A DNA stretch of 64,000 nucleotides from Octopus vulgaris (lineage: Eukaryota): contig OX597833.1 of assembly GCA_951406725.2 (NCBI GenBank), forward strand, positions 3,162,001 to 3,226,000. The letters run 5' to 3'. Of this stretch, positions 51,896 through 64,000 are shown one piece after another (position 1 is the stretch's first letter; each line of letters begins with the position of its first letter). The notes beneath the pieces were generated by a model. The model had not been told where the DNA came from and searched no databases. It was given only the letters and a program-made list of their open reading frames with translations. The position numbers and the translations under genes were made by a program.

Positions 51896-52709
51896 CATAT
51901 ATATATAGGTTTCAAATTTTGGTACAAGGCCAGCAATTCTGGGGGCGGGGGGGAAATTAATTTCATGACCCCCAATGTTCAGCTGGTAGTTCTTTTATTG
52001 ACCCCCAAAAGGATGAAGGACAAAGTCAACCTCAGCAGGATTTGAACCCAATATGTACGTATATATTAAACTGTGGTTAGTATTATAAATTAACTTGAGG
52101 CATAACAATGGAACCTTAACTGGTAGCAGGGACTCAATACTGAGACTCAAATTCATTGTAAAGCTCATGTTGACTGGGACTTCGCAGTCTCTCTTTCTCT
52201 GTGTGAATGTGAGTGGCCACGGGGTTAATTTCACTTTGCAACAATAAAGTCCCCAGTTCAATTGCACACTGTGGCCTTTGAACAGATGCCCTTTACCAGT
52301 GCCTCAGATCAACCCAAAACTTCCGCATGAATTTAAGGAGATGGAAACTGGGGGTGGGGGTAGCCCACAAAAGGGTGGATTGTGTTTAGTTGTAATTGAA
52401 AAGGCTGAATGTCATATACTGTGAAGAGACTTAGTAATTCTTCCTGAAGATTATGTTAAAGAAACATACACCTGAAGAATTACTGTGCCACTTAAATGCT
52501 AATACAGTCAGCAGGGGGTCCAGCTGAATGGTTAACAGGAATATGAATGTGAGATATCTGTTTCTATTTCCACAGACACAAAAATCTACAGAGAATATGA
52601 AGAGCTGAGGTGATAAATAGCCCTAGGAGCTACATCAGTTAGCAGATTTGTTAAGATATGGATACAGTCAGTTGTATGCAAGTCTGCACACACAAACACG
52701 ATATATATA

Positions 52710-53110
52710 GGCGCAGGAGTGGCTGTGTGGTAAGTAGCCTGCTTACCAACCACATGGTTCCGGGTTCAGTCCCACTGCGTGGCATCTTGGGCAAGTGTCT
52801 TCTGCTATAGCCTCGGGCCGACCAAAGCCTTTTGAGTGGATTTGGTAGACGGAAACTGAAAGAAGCCCATCGTATATATGTATATATATATGTGTGCATG
52901 TATGTTTGTATGTCTGTGTTTGTCCCCCTAGCATTGCTTGACAACCGATGCTGGTGTGTTTATGTCCCCGTTACTTAGCGGTTCGGCAAAAGAAAACCGA
53001 TAGAATAAGTACTAGGATTACAAAAGAATAAGTCCCGGGGTCGAGTTGCTTGACTAAAAGGTGGTGCTCCAGCATGGCCACAGTCAAATGACTGAAACAA
53101 GTAAAAGAGT
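52710..53110 (+). mobile_element. SINE family A, full length, young
   Basis: GGCGCAGGAGTGGCTGTGTGGTAAG...GGTTCAGTCCCACTGCGTGGCATCTTGGGCAAG...AAGTAAAAGAGT. Confidence 0.88.
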
Positions 53111-53670
53111 ATATATATATAAATATTGTGTACATTAGAACACAGTAAGAGGTTTCCAAATAGGAAAGCCTTGTGCTAGAAAGAGCAGTAGAAAACTCAA
53201 GCCTCTTAATGTGTTCAAATGTACATGATATTTTTATGTGAATAATATATAGTCTATTGACTATTTTTTTTGTGCTAGGCCACTGGTAATAATAATTTCT
53301 ATAATTCTTATTACCCTAATATTATTTATTATGCTTAGATATTTTTTGATATATATATATATATATATATATATGCGTGTGTGGAGAGAAGGGGGTAGTT
53401 AGAGAAATGAAAAGACGAAGTGGATTTAAAGATAGACAAGGCATAGATGAAGAGATATGACACAAATATCGCATGTACGTGGAAGAGAGGGGTGTGTAGA
53501 GAGAGGGGGTAGAGAGGGTGGGAGGGGAGAGAGAAAAAGAAAGAGAGAGAGAGTGGGGGGTAGATGATTCAGATGATGATCTAAGTAGGTTTATTTCAGA
53601 AATGTTTGTGTGAGGGAAGGTTACAATGCATCAGATATTTGCCTATCATACACACATATACATGTGTATA

Positions 53671-53739
<69 letters not shown>

Positions 53740-54126
53740 TTATATATGCACTGAAGTATTTATGCGTATGTGCTTGTGAGTGCAAAAAAAAAAACTGTCA
53801 TACGTACTAATCAACTTAAAAGCTAATTAAACATTTCCTCAAACGCACACACTTCACCACCACCACCACCTACCACCACGCTCCTCCATCCCATACACAC
53901 ACACAACCACTTGTGATGAAGTCCTCTGTCAAATGATGCATGGTGGTTCTGTGAATAACTAACCCAGTGCTTCCCAACCGTTTTCACTACCAAGGAACCC
54001 CATCAGCTCCACCGCCCTTTTTGTTTTTATTTGAATTCATTTTCCCATGAACCCCCAACCTTTTGAAAAGCACTCTCTACTCAATAAGCTCAGTTTATTA
54101 AGCCAACAATATACTCATTTTCCCAC

Positions 54127-54169
<43 letters not shown>

Positions 54170-54253
54170 CACACACATACATATACACACAGATACAATA
54201 TATTTATATATACATACACACACACACACAATATATAAATATAGAAACACACA

Positions 54254-54303
<50 letters not shown>

Positions 54304-54450
54304 TATATATATATATACACATACACACACACCATATATATATATACACACACACATGCTATATATATATACATACACAATATATATATACTATACACAC
54401 ACTCATACAATATATATACATATATATATATACACACACACACTCATACA

Positions 54451-54493
<43 letters not shown>

Positions 54494-54496
54494 CAT

Positions 54497-54550
<54 letters not shown>

Positions 54551-56334
54551 CATACAATATATATACATATATATATACACAATATATATATACACACACA
54601 TATGCACATATACAATCTATATATATACACACACACACACATACAGATATAATGTATGTATGTATATATATATGCATACGTTAACGTGTATGCATATATA
54701 TTTATACACACACACACACGTATCTATAATTATACGTAATTAAGTAATTATTCATTTTACACTAACACACTACATCCTTTCATAATTTCAAGCATAGCAC
54801 ACAAACCTTCCCCGCCCACCCAGCACCAATTTGGAAACCACTGAACCAAGCTTTTATGGCAAACCATAAATTATGGTTGGATGAAGAACAGTGTTGAAGA
54901 ATGTTGCTGCTTCAGGGATGGAACTGAGGAAGAATGCCAACAACTTGCTGGAATTGAGTTGCATATTTATGCCGTTACAAATCGGTGGTGATTCAGAGAA
55001 AGACTAGAAAACTAAGCAAAGCATGCACACCACCACATCACACAAAATATACCACATGGAGCTAATAAGGAAGGGTCTATGCAGTTTATTCAAAAAACAG
55101 CCCCAAATTTTAATTTGTCTTAAATTGTGAGTTACTATTTTACACAAGGGAAGAAGAGACATTTTATAACGTAGTGAAGGGGCACTATGACTGAAACAAA
55201 TGGGAGGGTCGAGGGTGGAACGCTTCTGATCATAGGTGTGTTTGAGGTTCAACAACAGCAAAATGCTACACATCGAGTAGTCCTTGAGTACGCAACTCAA
55301 CTATTGCTGACAACATTGCTCTCAATAACCCCTATGTTCCCAAAGGATCATAATTCGCCCACAACAAAACCCCACCTATTTTAATTGATTTTATGGCAAA
55401 CTTGACTTTTGTGAAATTTGAACTTAAAACATGCAGGGTTACAAACTAAATAACTCTTTCTGCTACTTTACCATCACCACCACCAACAACAACAACAGTT
55501 ATTAATTTAGGGGCATGGCCTACAACTTTTGAGGGAGAAGACCCTAACTGATTAAATCAATCTCATTACCAGCCATTAGTTTGTGCCAGTCGCTGTCAAG
55601 ACCTCAGGTGGTCTCAGACCCCAGATTGCAGATTCCCTCCAGAAAATAAGGATAACTGAGGCCTGTGCAAGAACTGAGCCCCATAAAGTGGGAGTGGCTG
55701 TACAGTGAATGGCACTGGCCATTCTCTGCAGCAATACCTTTGCAATCATTTCTGTGAGGCACTGTTAAACGTGCCATTTATTCTGGAGTGTAGAACCCAT
55801 TACTTCCGCCCACCCATCATCTGCTACATAATCCCAACTTTCTGCTTTTACTCGGTTTCCTTGATGAGGTAGTTATGGATTCCCCACTCTCAATAATTCA
55901 ATTTATTATACTTTGAATGGATTTTATTTCTATTTTATTTTCTTCCTGTAAAAATTTGTCATTAATAAAATGTAATCTCATTACTTGACAGGCACTTCAT
56001 TTTATTGGCCCCAGCGAGATGAAAGGCGAAGCTGACCTTGGTAGGACTTCAGCTCAGAATGGAAAGCGCTGAATGGAAAAGTCACTTGGCACATACTGAC
56101 GATTCTGCCAGCTCGTTATCTTCCTAATGAGAATATTTTCCATTGGACACAGTCACAAATTTAAAGGCAACAATTAATGACGGTGGCAGCAATTATTGCA
56201 AAGATGAAAGCAGCTATCAAGCGGTGTGACGAGAACTATTGAGCCGACAATGACAAGGAACAAGAGTAATGGTGCTGATGACAAAAAGGGTCGATGGAAC
56301 GAAGACAGATGACATGGGTTACAATGACAAATCC

Positions 56335-56700
56335 TTTATCTTGTACTTGTTTCAGTCATCAAATGGCGGCCATTCTGGGGCACCAGGTTGAAGAACTTTT
56401 AGTCAGACAAGTCAGCCTCAGAACTTATGGATTTTTAAGCCTGGGACTTATTCTATTGGTCTTCTTTTGCCGAACCACTAAGTTATGGGGGATGTAAACA
56501 CACCAACACTGGCTGTCAAGTGGTGGTGGAGGACAAACACAGAAATACATAACTGCAAGATGGACTTCTTTCAGTTTCCATCTACCAAATTTATTTAAAA
56601 AGCTTTAAATGGCCCAAGGCTATAGTAGAAGACACTTGCCCAAGGTACCATGCAGTGGGACTGAACTAGGAACCATGTGGTTGGTGGGAAGCAAAATTCT
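56335..56700 (-). mobile_element. SINE family A, older copy
   Basis: Diverged reverse complement of the consensus. Confidence 0.72.
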
Positions 56701-57223
56701 AACAAACAAACAAAAAAAGGGGAAGAAATGTCTGATGATGAAAAGAATGCAGATAACGACTATGGATAATGTAATTAATGATGAAACAGCACTTAACTAC
56801 AGTAATGATAAAATATGATGGAATAAATTATAATGAGGTGAATATGATAGAAGGATTATTAGGAATTTTAATTTTTAGTATTTTATATTATCATCATCGT
56901 TTAACGTCTGCTTTCCATGCTAGTATGGGTTGGACGGTTTGACTGAGGACTGCCGGGAACAGCGCCGTCACTCATGCTTTCTGCACTCACGGGTTTCATC
57001 TTTTTCTTTTCTTTCTGATAAAAGGCAAAGACAGTACACCCAAGACCCTTTTTCAAGGACTCTGACACAAGTGGGAGAAAGAAGGAGGAATGGAAGGCAC
57101 CCTGAAACATTATAGGAGCCAGGTCCGAAAGTTTACAACAGAGTAGCTCCCACTGAAAGCACCTGACGAGGGACCGAATGGAGCTGTTAAAACAGGGTGG
57201 AAGGTTAAGGCCATCACTTAAAA

Positions 57224-57409
57224 CAGGGGTCGGGCAACTTTCTTTTAATCAATTACCCCCTGAAATACATTTAATTATGCAGACATGACACCCTTGATTC
57301 GAAAGGAAGAAAATCAGAGATAACAAAGAACAAGTTTTTTTTTATAGAATTTTACTTATGTCTAATCAGACCCCAAGAACTTCAATTTACCCCGGTTTGC
57401 CGACACCTG
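57224..57409. mobile_element. hAT-type MITE
   Basis: Ends CAGGGGTCGGGCAAC / GTTTGCCGACACCTG. Confidence 0.6.
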
Positions 57410-57859
57410 GTATAAAAGGACCAATATGAGGACAGAATATTTAGAATAGTCAAGATGGTAATGAGGGCACAGCTTTAACAAGGACAATGAAATGACACTA
57501 CTACTACTGTTTTAGATGATTTGAAAAAGCTTAATTGGAATGAGAGAATAGCAATGGTGACAATGAAATATAACGAACATGGTGGTGACGAAGCAAAGGA
57601 AGACCATGCTGGTTATGAAGAAGACAGAATGGTCAGTTGAAGGACAATGAAATGACAAAACACTTGTCACAGTTACGACATCCGATAACACTATAAAGAG
57701 AGACGATAACCAAAAGTGGAGATGGTGAAGATGACAAACAGCAGTCTGTTGTTTACTAAATTCACTGCTTAACACATTATGGACAAATGATTATTAATTA
57801 TTTATTATTAAGGCAGTTTCATTAAAGCTGTGTGGACAACAGTTAGAGTATCATGAAAA

Positions 57860-58660
57860 AGAAAATAGCTTCTGTTATTATTTCAGCTCTTAATATTTCA
57901 AGTTCAAACCCCACTCAAGTCAACTTGGCCTTTAATCCTTTTGGAGTTAAGAACCAGTCGAGAACTAGGATCAATAGTATCAACTAACGCTCTGGCCTTG
58001 TGCTGAAATCAGAAACCATTACTACTACTACTACTACTACTACTACTACAGCTACTACTAAGGCATCAAGCTGGCAAAATCGTTAGCATGGTGGGTAAAA
58101 TGCTTTGTAGCATTTCATCTGTGCTTACGTTCAGAGTTCAAATTCTGAGATCATCCTTGTCTTTCATCCTTTCGGGATCAATGGAATAAGTATCAATTGA
58201 GCATTAAGGGGCCGATGTAATCGACTTAGCCCCTCCCCAGAAATTGCTGGCCTTGTGACAAAATTTGAAACCATTATTATTATTATTATTATTATTATTA
58301 TAAGTGGCATTTCACCTGTCACTATGATCCGAGTTCAAATTCCGCTGAGGTCAACTTTGCCTTTCGTCCTTTTGGGGTCAAATTAAGTACCAGTGAAACA
58401 CTGGGGTCAATGTAATCGTCTTGTCCCCTTGCCCTAAATTTCAGATTATTATTATTATGGCAGTAGATTGTCAGAATCATTAACTTATTTGAAAAAAAAA
58501 GGTGCCTTGAGGTATTTCTAATCTCTACATTCCGAGATCAAATCCTACGAGATCGTTCCAAGGTCTGTGTCATTAGATATTTATGAAATACCAAGACCAA
58601 TGAATTCAATTAACCCTATCTTCAAAAATAGCGGGTCTTGTACCTAAATTAGAAAATCAA
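57860..58660 (+). mobile_element. Cluster of diverged family B SINEs
   Basis: Several GAGTTCAAATTC / CCTTTCATCCTTT motifs with (ATT)n and (ACT)n tails. Confidence 0.7.
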
Positions 58661-58789
58661 TATTATCATTGTTATCATTGGCAGTAGTACACTGAAGACT
58701 GGGTATTTGGGTTGTTTTAATCCTCCAGGATATACTTCAATTAAGTCCGTACATAGATGGAAAAAAACTTTAAGAAAAAAAAAACGTTT

Positions 58790-59066
58790 TCTTTTAATTT
58801 TGCGATTTTCTTAAAGGGCCAAACAGAATCCAATGTGAGAGATGTCTAACCATGCAAGATAAAATGGAAGTGGAAAAAGGAAGATACAGCAAGGAAGAAA
58901 ATGCAGTGTTTGTATGTACGAGTGTATGTGTGTCTGTTTTTTCTGTGTCCCTTTTTGAAGAAGAGCATAGGCTCGAAACGTAAAAGTCTTTTTCTATTCC
59001 TGAGCGTTGTACTAATACATCTGTTTGTTTTGTACACCACCTGTCTTCGTCTTTTGTTTTTTTCAT

Positions 59067-59075
<9 letters not shown>
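58790..59075 (+). mobile_element. Penelope-like pLTR-type fragment ending in (CT)n(TA)n
   Basis: Same family as 44078-44270; minimal hammerhead at 58951. Confidence 0.6.
58951..58986 (+). ncRNA. Minimal type I hammerhead motif of the Penelope-like-element kind (core variant UUGAAGA)
   Basis: CTTT-TTGAAGA-A-GAGC-ATAG-GCTC-GAAA-CG-TA-AAAG; a second copy of the element at 44.1 kb. Confidence 0.7.
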
Positions 59076-59138
<63 letters not shown>

Positions 59139-59142
<4 letters not shown>

Positions 59143-59512
59143 GGTATGTAGAAAAATACAACATGGACAAGAACGTATAACTCTTAGAAGACGACACAAT
59201 AAACACGGACAGGACATTCGAAACCCTCAGTCTTCAGTCAAGAACCGGATCATCGTAGTAATTTCGGCTGATTAATCTTGAGATTACTAGATCACGGCCA
59301 GCCCTCCAAGAAAAACCAAGCAACGAGCATTAGAAAAACTAAGCTGGAAGCGTAGATTTCCTGGAAGAAGGATCGAATGCATACGAACACCAGGACAGCA
59401 AAAGGGACAGATATAAAAAAACAAAAAACAATAATGGAATACAGAAACATGAAATACAGAAGCATTAACGGTGAAAACAACAGTGTCTTACGACTGATAA
59501 CAAGCAAACAAA
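59139..59512 (-). mobile_element. Short non-autonomous ribozyme-bearing element abutting (TA)n
   Basis: CpG-containing block with the permuted hammerhead and a U-rich 3' part that runs into (TA)n at 59099-59138. Confidence 0.55.
59227..59298 (-). ncRNA. Hammerhead ribozyme-like motif, non-circularly permuted (pseudoknotted) topology, copy B
   Basis: Minus-strand RNA: GCCG-U-GAUC-UAGUAAU-C-UCAAGA-UUAA-UCAG-CC-GAA-AUUACUA-CGAU-GAUC-CGGU-UCUUGA-CUGAAGA-CUGA. It has the core CUGAAGA, GAAA and an AUC triplet. Stem I 6 bp, stem III 7 bp plus extension, stem II 4 bp. Confidence 0.78.
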
Positions 59513-59530
59513 TATACATACATACATAGT

Positions 59531-59690
59531 AGGCGCGGGCATGGCTGTGTGGTTAGGGACCTTGCTTCCTAGCTACATGGTTTCGGGTTCAGTCCCACTG
59601 CGTGGCACTTTGGGTAGGTGTCTTCCACTATAGCCCCGAGCCGACCGGAGCTTTGTGATTGAATTTGGTAGGTGGAAGTTACTGACGTGT
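59531..59690 (+). mobile_element. SINE family A head and core
   Basis: GGCGCGGGCATGGCTGTGTGG...GGGTTCAGTCCC. Confidence 0.78.
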
Positions 59691-59728
59691 GTGTATGTGT
59701 GCGTATAGCTGCTCAGTGCCTCTCCGAA

Positions 59729-59767
<39 letters not shown>

Positions 59768-59937
59768 CACACACAAACACCTGCAAACAAGTGAAAGGGG
59801 TACAGTGAACTTGCTGTGAGTAATGGAATATCCAATGTTTCGGATGTAATCCTTCATCACTGTACTCCTTTCACTTGTTTCCATATTTTTTCAAGTCTTG
59901 CTGACACAGAGCTACACAAAATTCCTTGTAGTTTGCC

Positions 59938-59975
<38 letters not shown>

Positions 59976-60055
59976 TGCATATAATCCTTTTGGAGTTGAT
60001 TGAGTACCAGTCAAGTACTAGGGTCAATGGTTTCCACTAACCCATGTCCCCTTGT

Positions 60056-60099
<44 letters not shown>

Positions 60100-60907
60100 T
60101 TGCATGTCGTGATACAGCAAATTACCATTTATCTGATGTAAAACTCAATACATGGTGGGGCTGGATGGAGAGGAGTGTCTGTGAGTCTGAGGATTCCACA
60201 GGGAAAGTTTAACAAATAAACTGCCACCCTTTATGATATAACCTGGAGAGAGGGGGGAGGGAGAAGCATGAATAGAAAGACAGAAAGAGACAGAGAGGGA
60301 TAGAGAAGGGAGAAGACAAAGGCATAAAGACAAAGAAAGGAAGAAGATAAGATAAAGTGGAAGGAAGAGGAAGAGAAGGAAGGAAACAAAGAAAAAAGAA
60401 AGAAAAAACGGAAGAAGGAAAGAGAAGAAAGAAAGCAGAAAGAAGATGGTAAATAAGTGACAAAAACGTTTTATTCAACTCAATTCGCTTTCTTTGAAGA
60501 TTGTGGAATTTATAAAAAAAAAAGAAAAAAAAAGAAAAGAAAAAACATGAAAAGGAACCCATTTCAGAGAAGGAAAAGAAGAAAAAAAAGGAGTGGGGAA
60601 GAAGAAAAAGAGAAATAGTAAAAAAGGAAGAAGAGAATGAAAGAAAGGAAGGAAGAAGAGTTAGGGGAGGGTGCTCTAAAATGAATGAGGTTTGTTCCAT
60701 TGTTAGTGAGCTGATCAGTACCAAATTGTTTGTGGTGTCCATTGGGTGGTGGTGGTAGGGGTGGGTAAGGTGGGTAGAAGGGAAAAAAACAAAAGTAGTT
60801 TTGGAGTCAAGGTTGTTGGTTGTTACTAATCTTTTTTTCTTTTTTTTTGGAAGAGATGAAATAATGATGTAATTTAAGATAAATAGAGATAAAAGAGAAA
60901 CGAAATG

Positions 60908-60952
<45 letters not shown>

Positions 60953-61036
60953 TTGACTTTTTCTTTAACACAGAAGACAGAGAGGGATGTCTGTGTAAGT
61001 GTGAATGTATGTGGAAAGAATGTATATATATATATA

Positions 61037-61067
<31 letters not shown>

Positions 61068-61092
61068 GATGATATATATATATATATATATA

Positions 61093-61175
61093 CTTTATTT
61101 AAAGCATATTACTCTATCACTGGTATTTGAGTACTCTTTTTTCCACCTTGTTTCACATTTATGTGTTTACTCCGG
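61093..61175. repeat. 83-bp dispersed repeat embedded in (TA)n
   Basis: Second copy of 34046-34128. Confidence 0.85.
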
Positions 61176-61209
<34 letters not shown>

Positions 61210-61299
61210 TACACACACACACACACTATCAAAGGGCTGCATGTAAGTGGAAAGAATATGATTTATATTTGTCAGATTATGTGATAAAAGAACTATGCA

Positions 61300-61351
<52 letters not shown>

Positions 61352-61677
61352 GAAAGAGAGGTGTGAGTGTGTGTGTAAAAGGAATTATATTTTAGTTAGA
61401 GACTTGTGTACAACAAAGGAAATGCATTTTTTTTTTACCAGAGAAACGACGGATCTGTGTGAAGGGGTATATATTTATTTGTCAAAAGACTGTATGTGTA
61501 TAATGTGTATACACACCTAGGAATATGTGCGCGCCTGTAACATTTCTGTATGTAATTATATATCGTATTACAGACTAAGAAATAAGTGGTGTATATCGGA
61601 GAGAGAGAGAGAGAGATGCCAAGACGGTATGCGTACACCTGTATGAATGTGTGTTTGTGTGAGCAGTTGTATGTAAC

Positions 61678-61721
<44 letters not shown>

Positions 61722-61949
61722 TTAGCAAGTGCATATGTGCAACACTGCAACAACAACAGCAGCACTGATCGACGAATGCGTGAGGAGTGTATTCAACAAT
61801 ATAAAGTACATACATACATATATACATACATATATACACACATATATATAGAGATATATATATATATGCTGTAATGTTTGAATGTGCTATCCTATACATG
61901 AACAAATGATCGATTAGTGCTTGCTTGTGTGTGTGTGTGTGTGTAGTTG

Positions 61950-62185
61950 GAGTAGAGTTGGGAGGAGGTGGTGGTGGTGGTGGTGGTGGTGGTGGAGGAG
62001 GTGGAGGAGGAGGATGAGGAGGTGGAACAAGTGGTAAAGGAGTGGATGTTGCCAGAAGGCATCATCGATTGGATGCAAATAAAAGCTAGTAGTTGACTCA
62101 CATACACTGCAGCAACATCGATCTGGGATTGTGGCGGCGGCAGTGGTGGTGGTGGTGGTGGTGGTGGTGGTAGTGGTGGTGGTAT
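61950..62185. repeat. (GGT/GGA)n trinucleotide low-complexity blocks around a short unique core
   Basis: Seen directly in the sequence. Confidence 0.85.
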
Positions 62186-62495
62186 GAAGAGGCTGGTGAG
62201 CAGTTGTACAGATGTGTGTGTGTGTGTGCGTGTAGGTGTTGTATGACTAAGAAGTTGCATGACTAGAAAGATGTATATAGAGTGTGCGTGTGTATGTGTG
62301 TGTGTGTGTGTGTGTGTGTAAGCAGAGAGATGTACATAGAGCGTGTGACTAGGATGAAGTGTGTGTATATATGTGTATACACACACACGTATATATATTA
62401 TGTATGACTAGCAAGACGGATGAGTGTGTGTATAATGTATGACAAACAAAGATAAGGACGTGTGTATATAATTTGTTGACTGCAGGATTATATGA

Positions 62496-62560
<65 letters not shown>

Positions 62561-63908
62561 TGTATGATTAGAGCTATATCTGTTGTGTGGCACAAGAGGT
62601 GTGTATATAGAGCCAATGTACACATATAGTCTGTGTGTGTGTATATATATGTGTATATATATATATATATATATACATATATATACATATAATGGTAGTA
62701 ATGACTTTGTCCCTCTTAGTGTGAGGCATTTATGTGTAATAATGCCCTCTATACAATATATATACATATATGTATGTATATATATATACATACATGCACA
62801 CACACACACACATATGTATGGTAAGAGCATGAGGGAGGGGCCAGTGTATTCGTTGTTGCTATCATCAATGGTAATGGGACTAAAAATAACCCCCACTACA
62901 TCAGTTAAGGGAGAAGAAAAAAAAAATAAAGGGACAAACAAAAAAATCCTTTATCTGACTCCCTATTCTCCCCTTTTTCTTCTTACCACACACATTCAAC
63001 AACTTCTCTTTAAACCCCCCCACTTTTTTTCACACTAAATCTTGCATTTTGTGCCCTCCCCCCCCCACACACACACACTGCCACACATTCAAACGCAACC
63101 CCTACTCAGCTCCCTATTTTCAGCTTGTTCTTTTCTCGCTCACTCCACCTCATTCAACATTTATATATACCTACCTACCTACCTATTCATCTATCCCCGT
63201 CTATGAATATATTGACCTAACTATCAATCTACCTACCTGGCTAGCTACCAAGCAATTAATCTACCTAGTAGTCTACCTATCCAGCTATCAACTTCACCTA
63301 CCTACCTACCTATCTATACCTATCTATACCTCTCTCACTTGCTCTTTTCTTTCTATATCATGCAACACGCCCCCTCTTATATCAATCAATCTACCTACCT
63401 CTCAAACCCTCAGTATATACACACACATATACATACATACCTGGCACTTCTTCAATGCCTTTCCCTGTTGTTTTTTTTTCATTATTATATACATAATATA
63501 TACCTCATTAAACCTCCGTTTATCTACTGAACAACCCAACCTCCAATTACAAACATCATCTCTTGGATACACACATTCACCGCACACTCTTCATCCAGCC
63601 AGCCCCGTGTCTTTTTCTTCCTAAGCCAACTCTCTCCGTCTCTCCATCTCTCTTCGCACATACACACCAATGAATCTTACCAGTGTTATCTCTCTACTAG
63701 TTCATGTCCTCAGCTCTCTCTCCATCCTAAAACAACCATTCGTCCTTCCATTCGCAGTAAAAACAAAAACCAACACCTTCTTCACTGTATGTGTATATAT
63801 ATATACATTTGCGCATATGTCTTTCTCTCTTTATCTCTCTTCTTTACTTCCCCTGCTAATTAAGTCTTCTCTTACTAATAATTTATGATTATATTAACAT
63901 ATACGATA

Positions 63909-63944
<36 letters not shown>

Positions 63945-64000
63945 GTAGGTCCCGGGTTGATTCGGGGTTAACCACAGTAAATAAGGTACTCAATACATAG

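Noticed and set aside
52710-52780. tRNA-like sequences at SINE heads (also 7601, 47903, 59531)
   Set aside because: They continue into SINE core and tail and have imperfect cloverleaves, so they are not tRNA genes.
52651-52944. Recurrent peptides such as [27 protein letters not shown] and FLQLDALPNANHS
   Set aside because: They are antisense translations of family A and family C repeats, not a protein family.
61892-62386. 164-aa Pro/Ser/Thr-rich minus-strand ORF with a GTGAGT donor-like site at 62101-62096
   Set aside because: Mostly trinucleotide and CA repeats with no recognisable domain. It could be a 5' UTR exon, but the sequence alone does not support a call.

Overview
AT-rich, microsatellite-saturated eukaryotic DNA. 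The SINE repertoire is the one I recognise from Octopus genomes (recognition only, no search run). There is no long real ORF: almost every entry in the ORF track is a translated microsatellite or SINE. The window is a mosaic of tRNA-derived SINEs (three families), 5'-truncated RTE-type LINE ends, TTAA- and hAT-type MITEs, and Helitron/Helentron pieces. Three short minus-strand exon candidates (18125-17933, 15581-15506, 4819-4754) suggest the window is mostly intron at the 5' end of a large minus-strand gene. The most striking signal is at the RNA level. Short non-coding elements sitting in (TA)n tracts carry hammerhead ribozyme motifs. Three are minimal Penelope-type motifs (44151, 51343, 58951). 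Two are sequence-unrelated but structurally identical non-circularly permuted (pseudoknotted) hammerheads with intact cores and fully covarying stems (24837-24909 and 59227-59298, both minus strand). There is also an HDV-like fold at 28928-28982 and a repeated compact H-type pseudoknot in an RTE 3' UTR. All RNA structures were paired by eye and are untested. Repeat boundaries are approximate unless a TSD or TIR is quoted.
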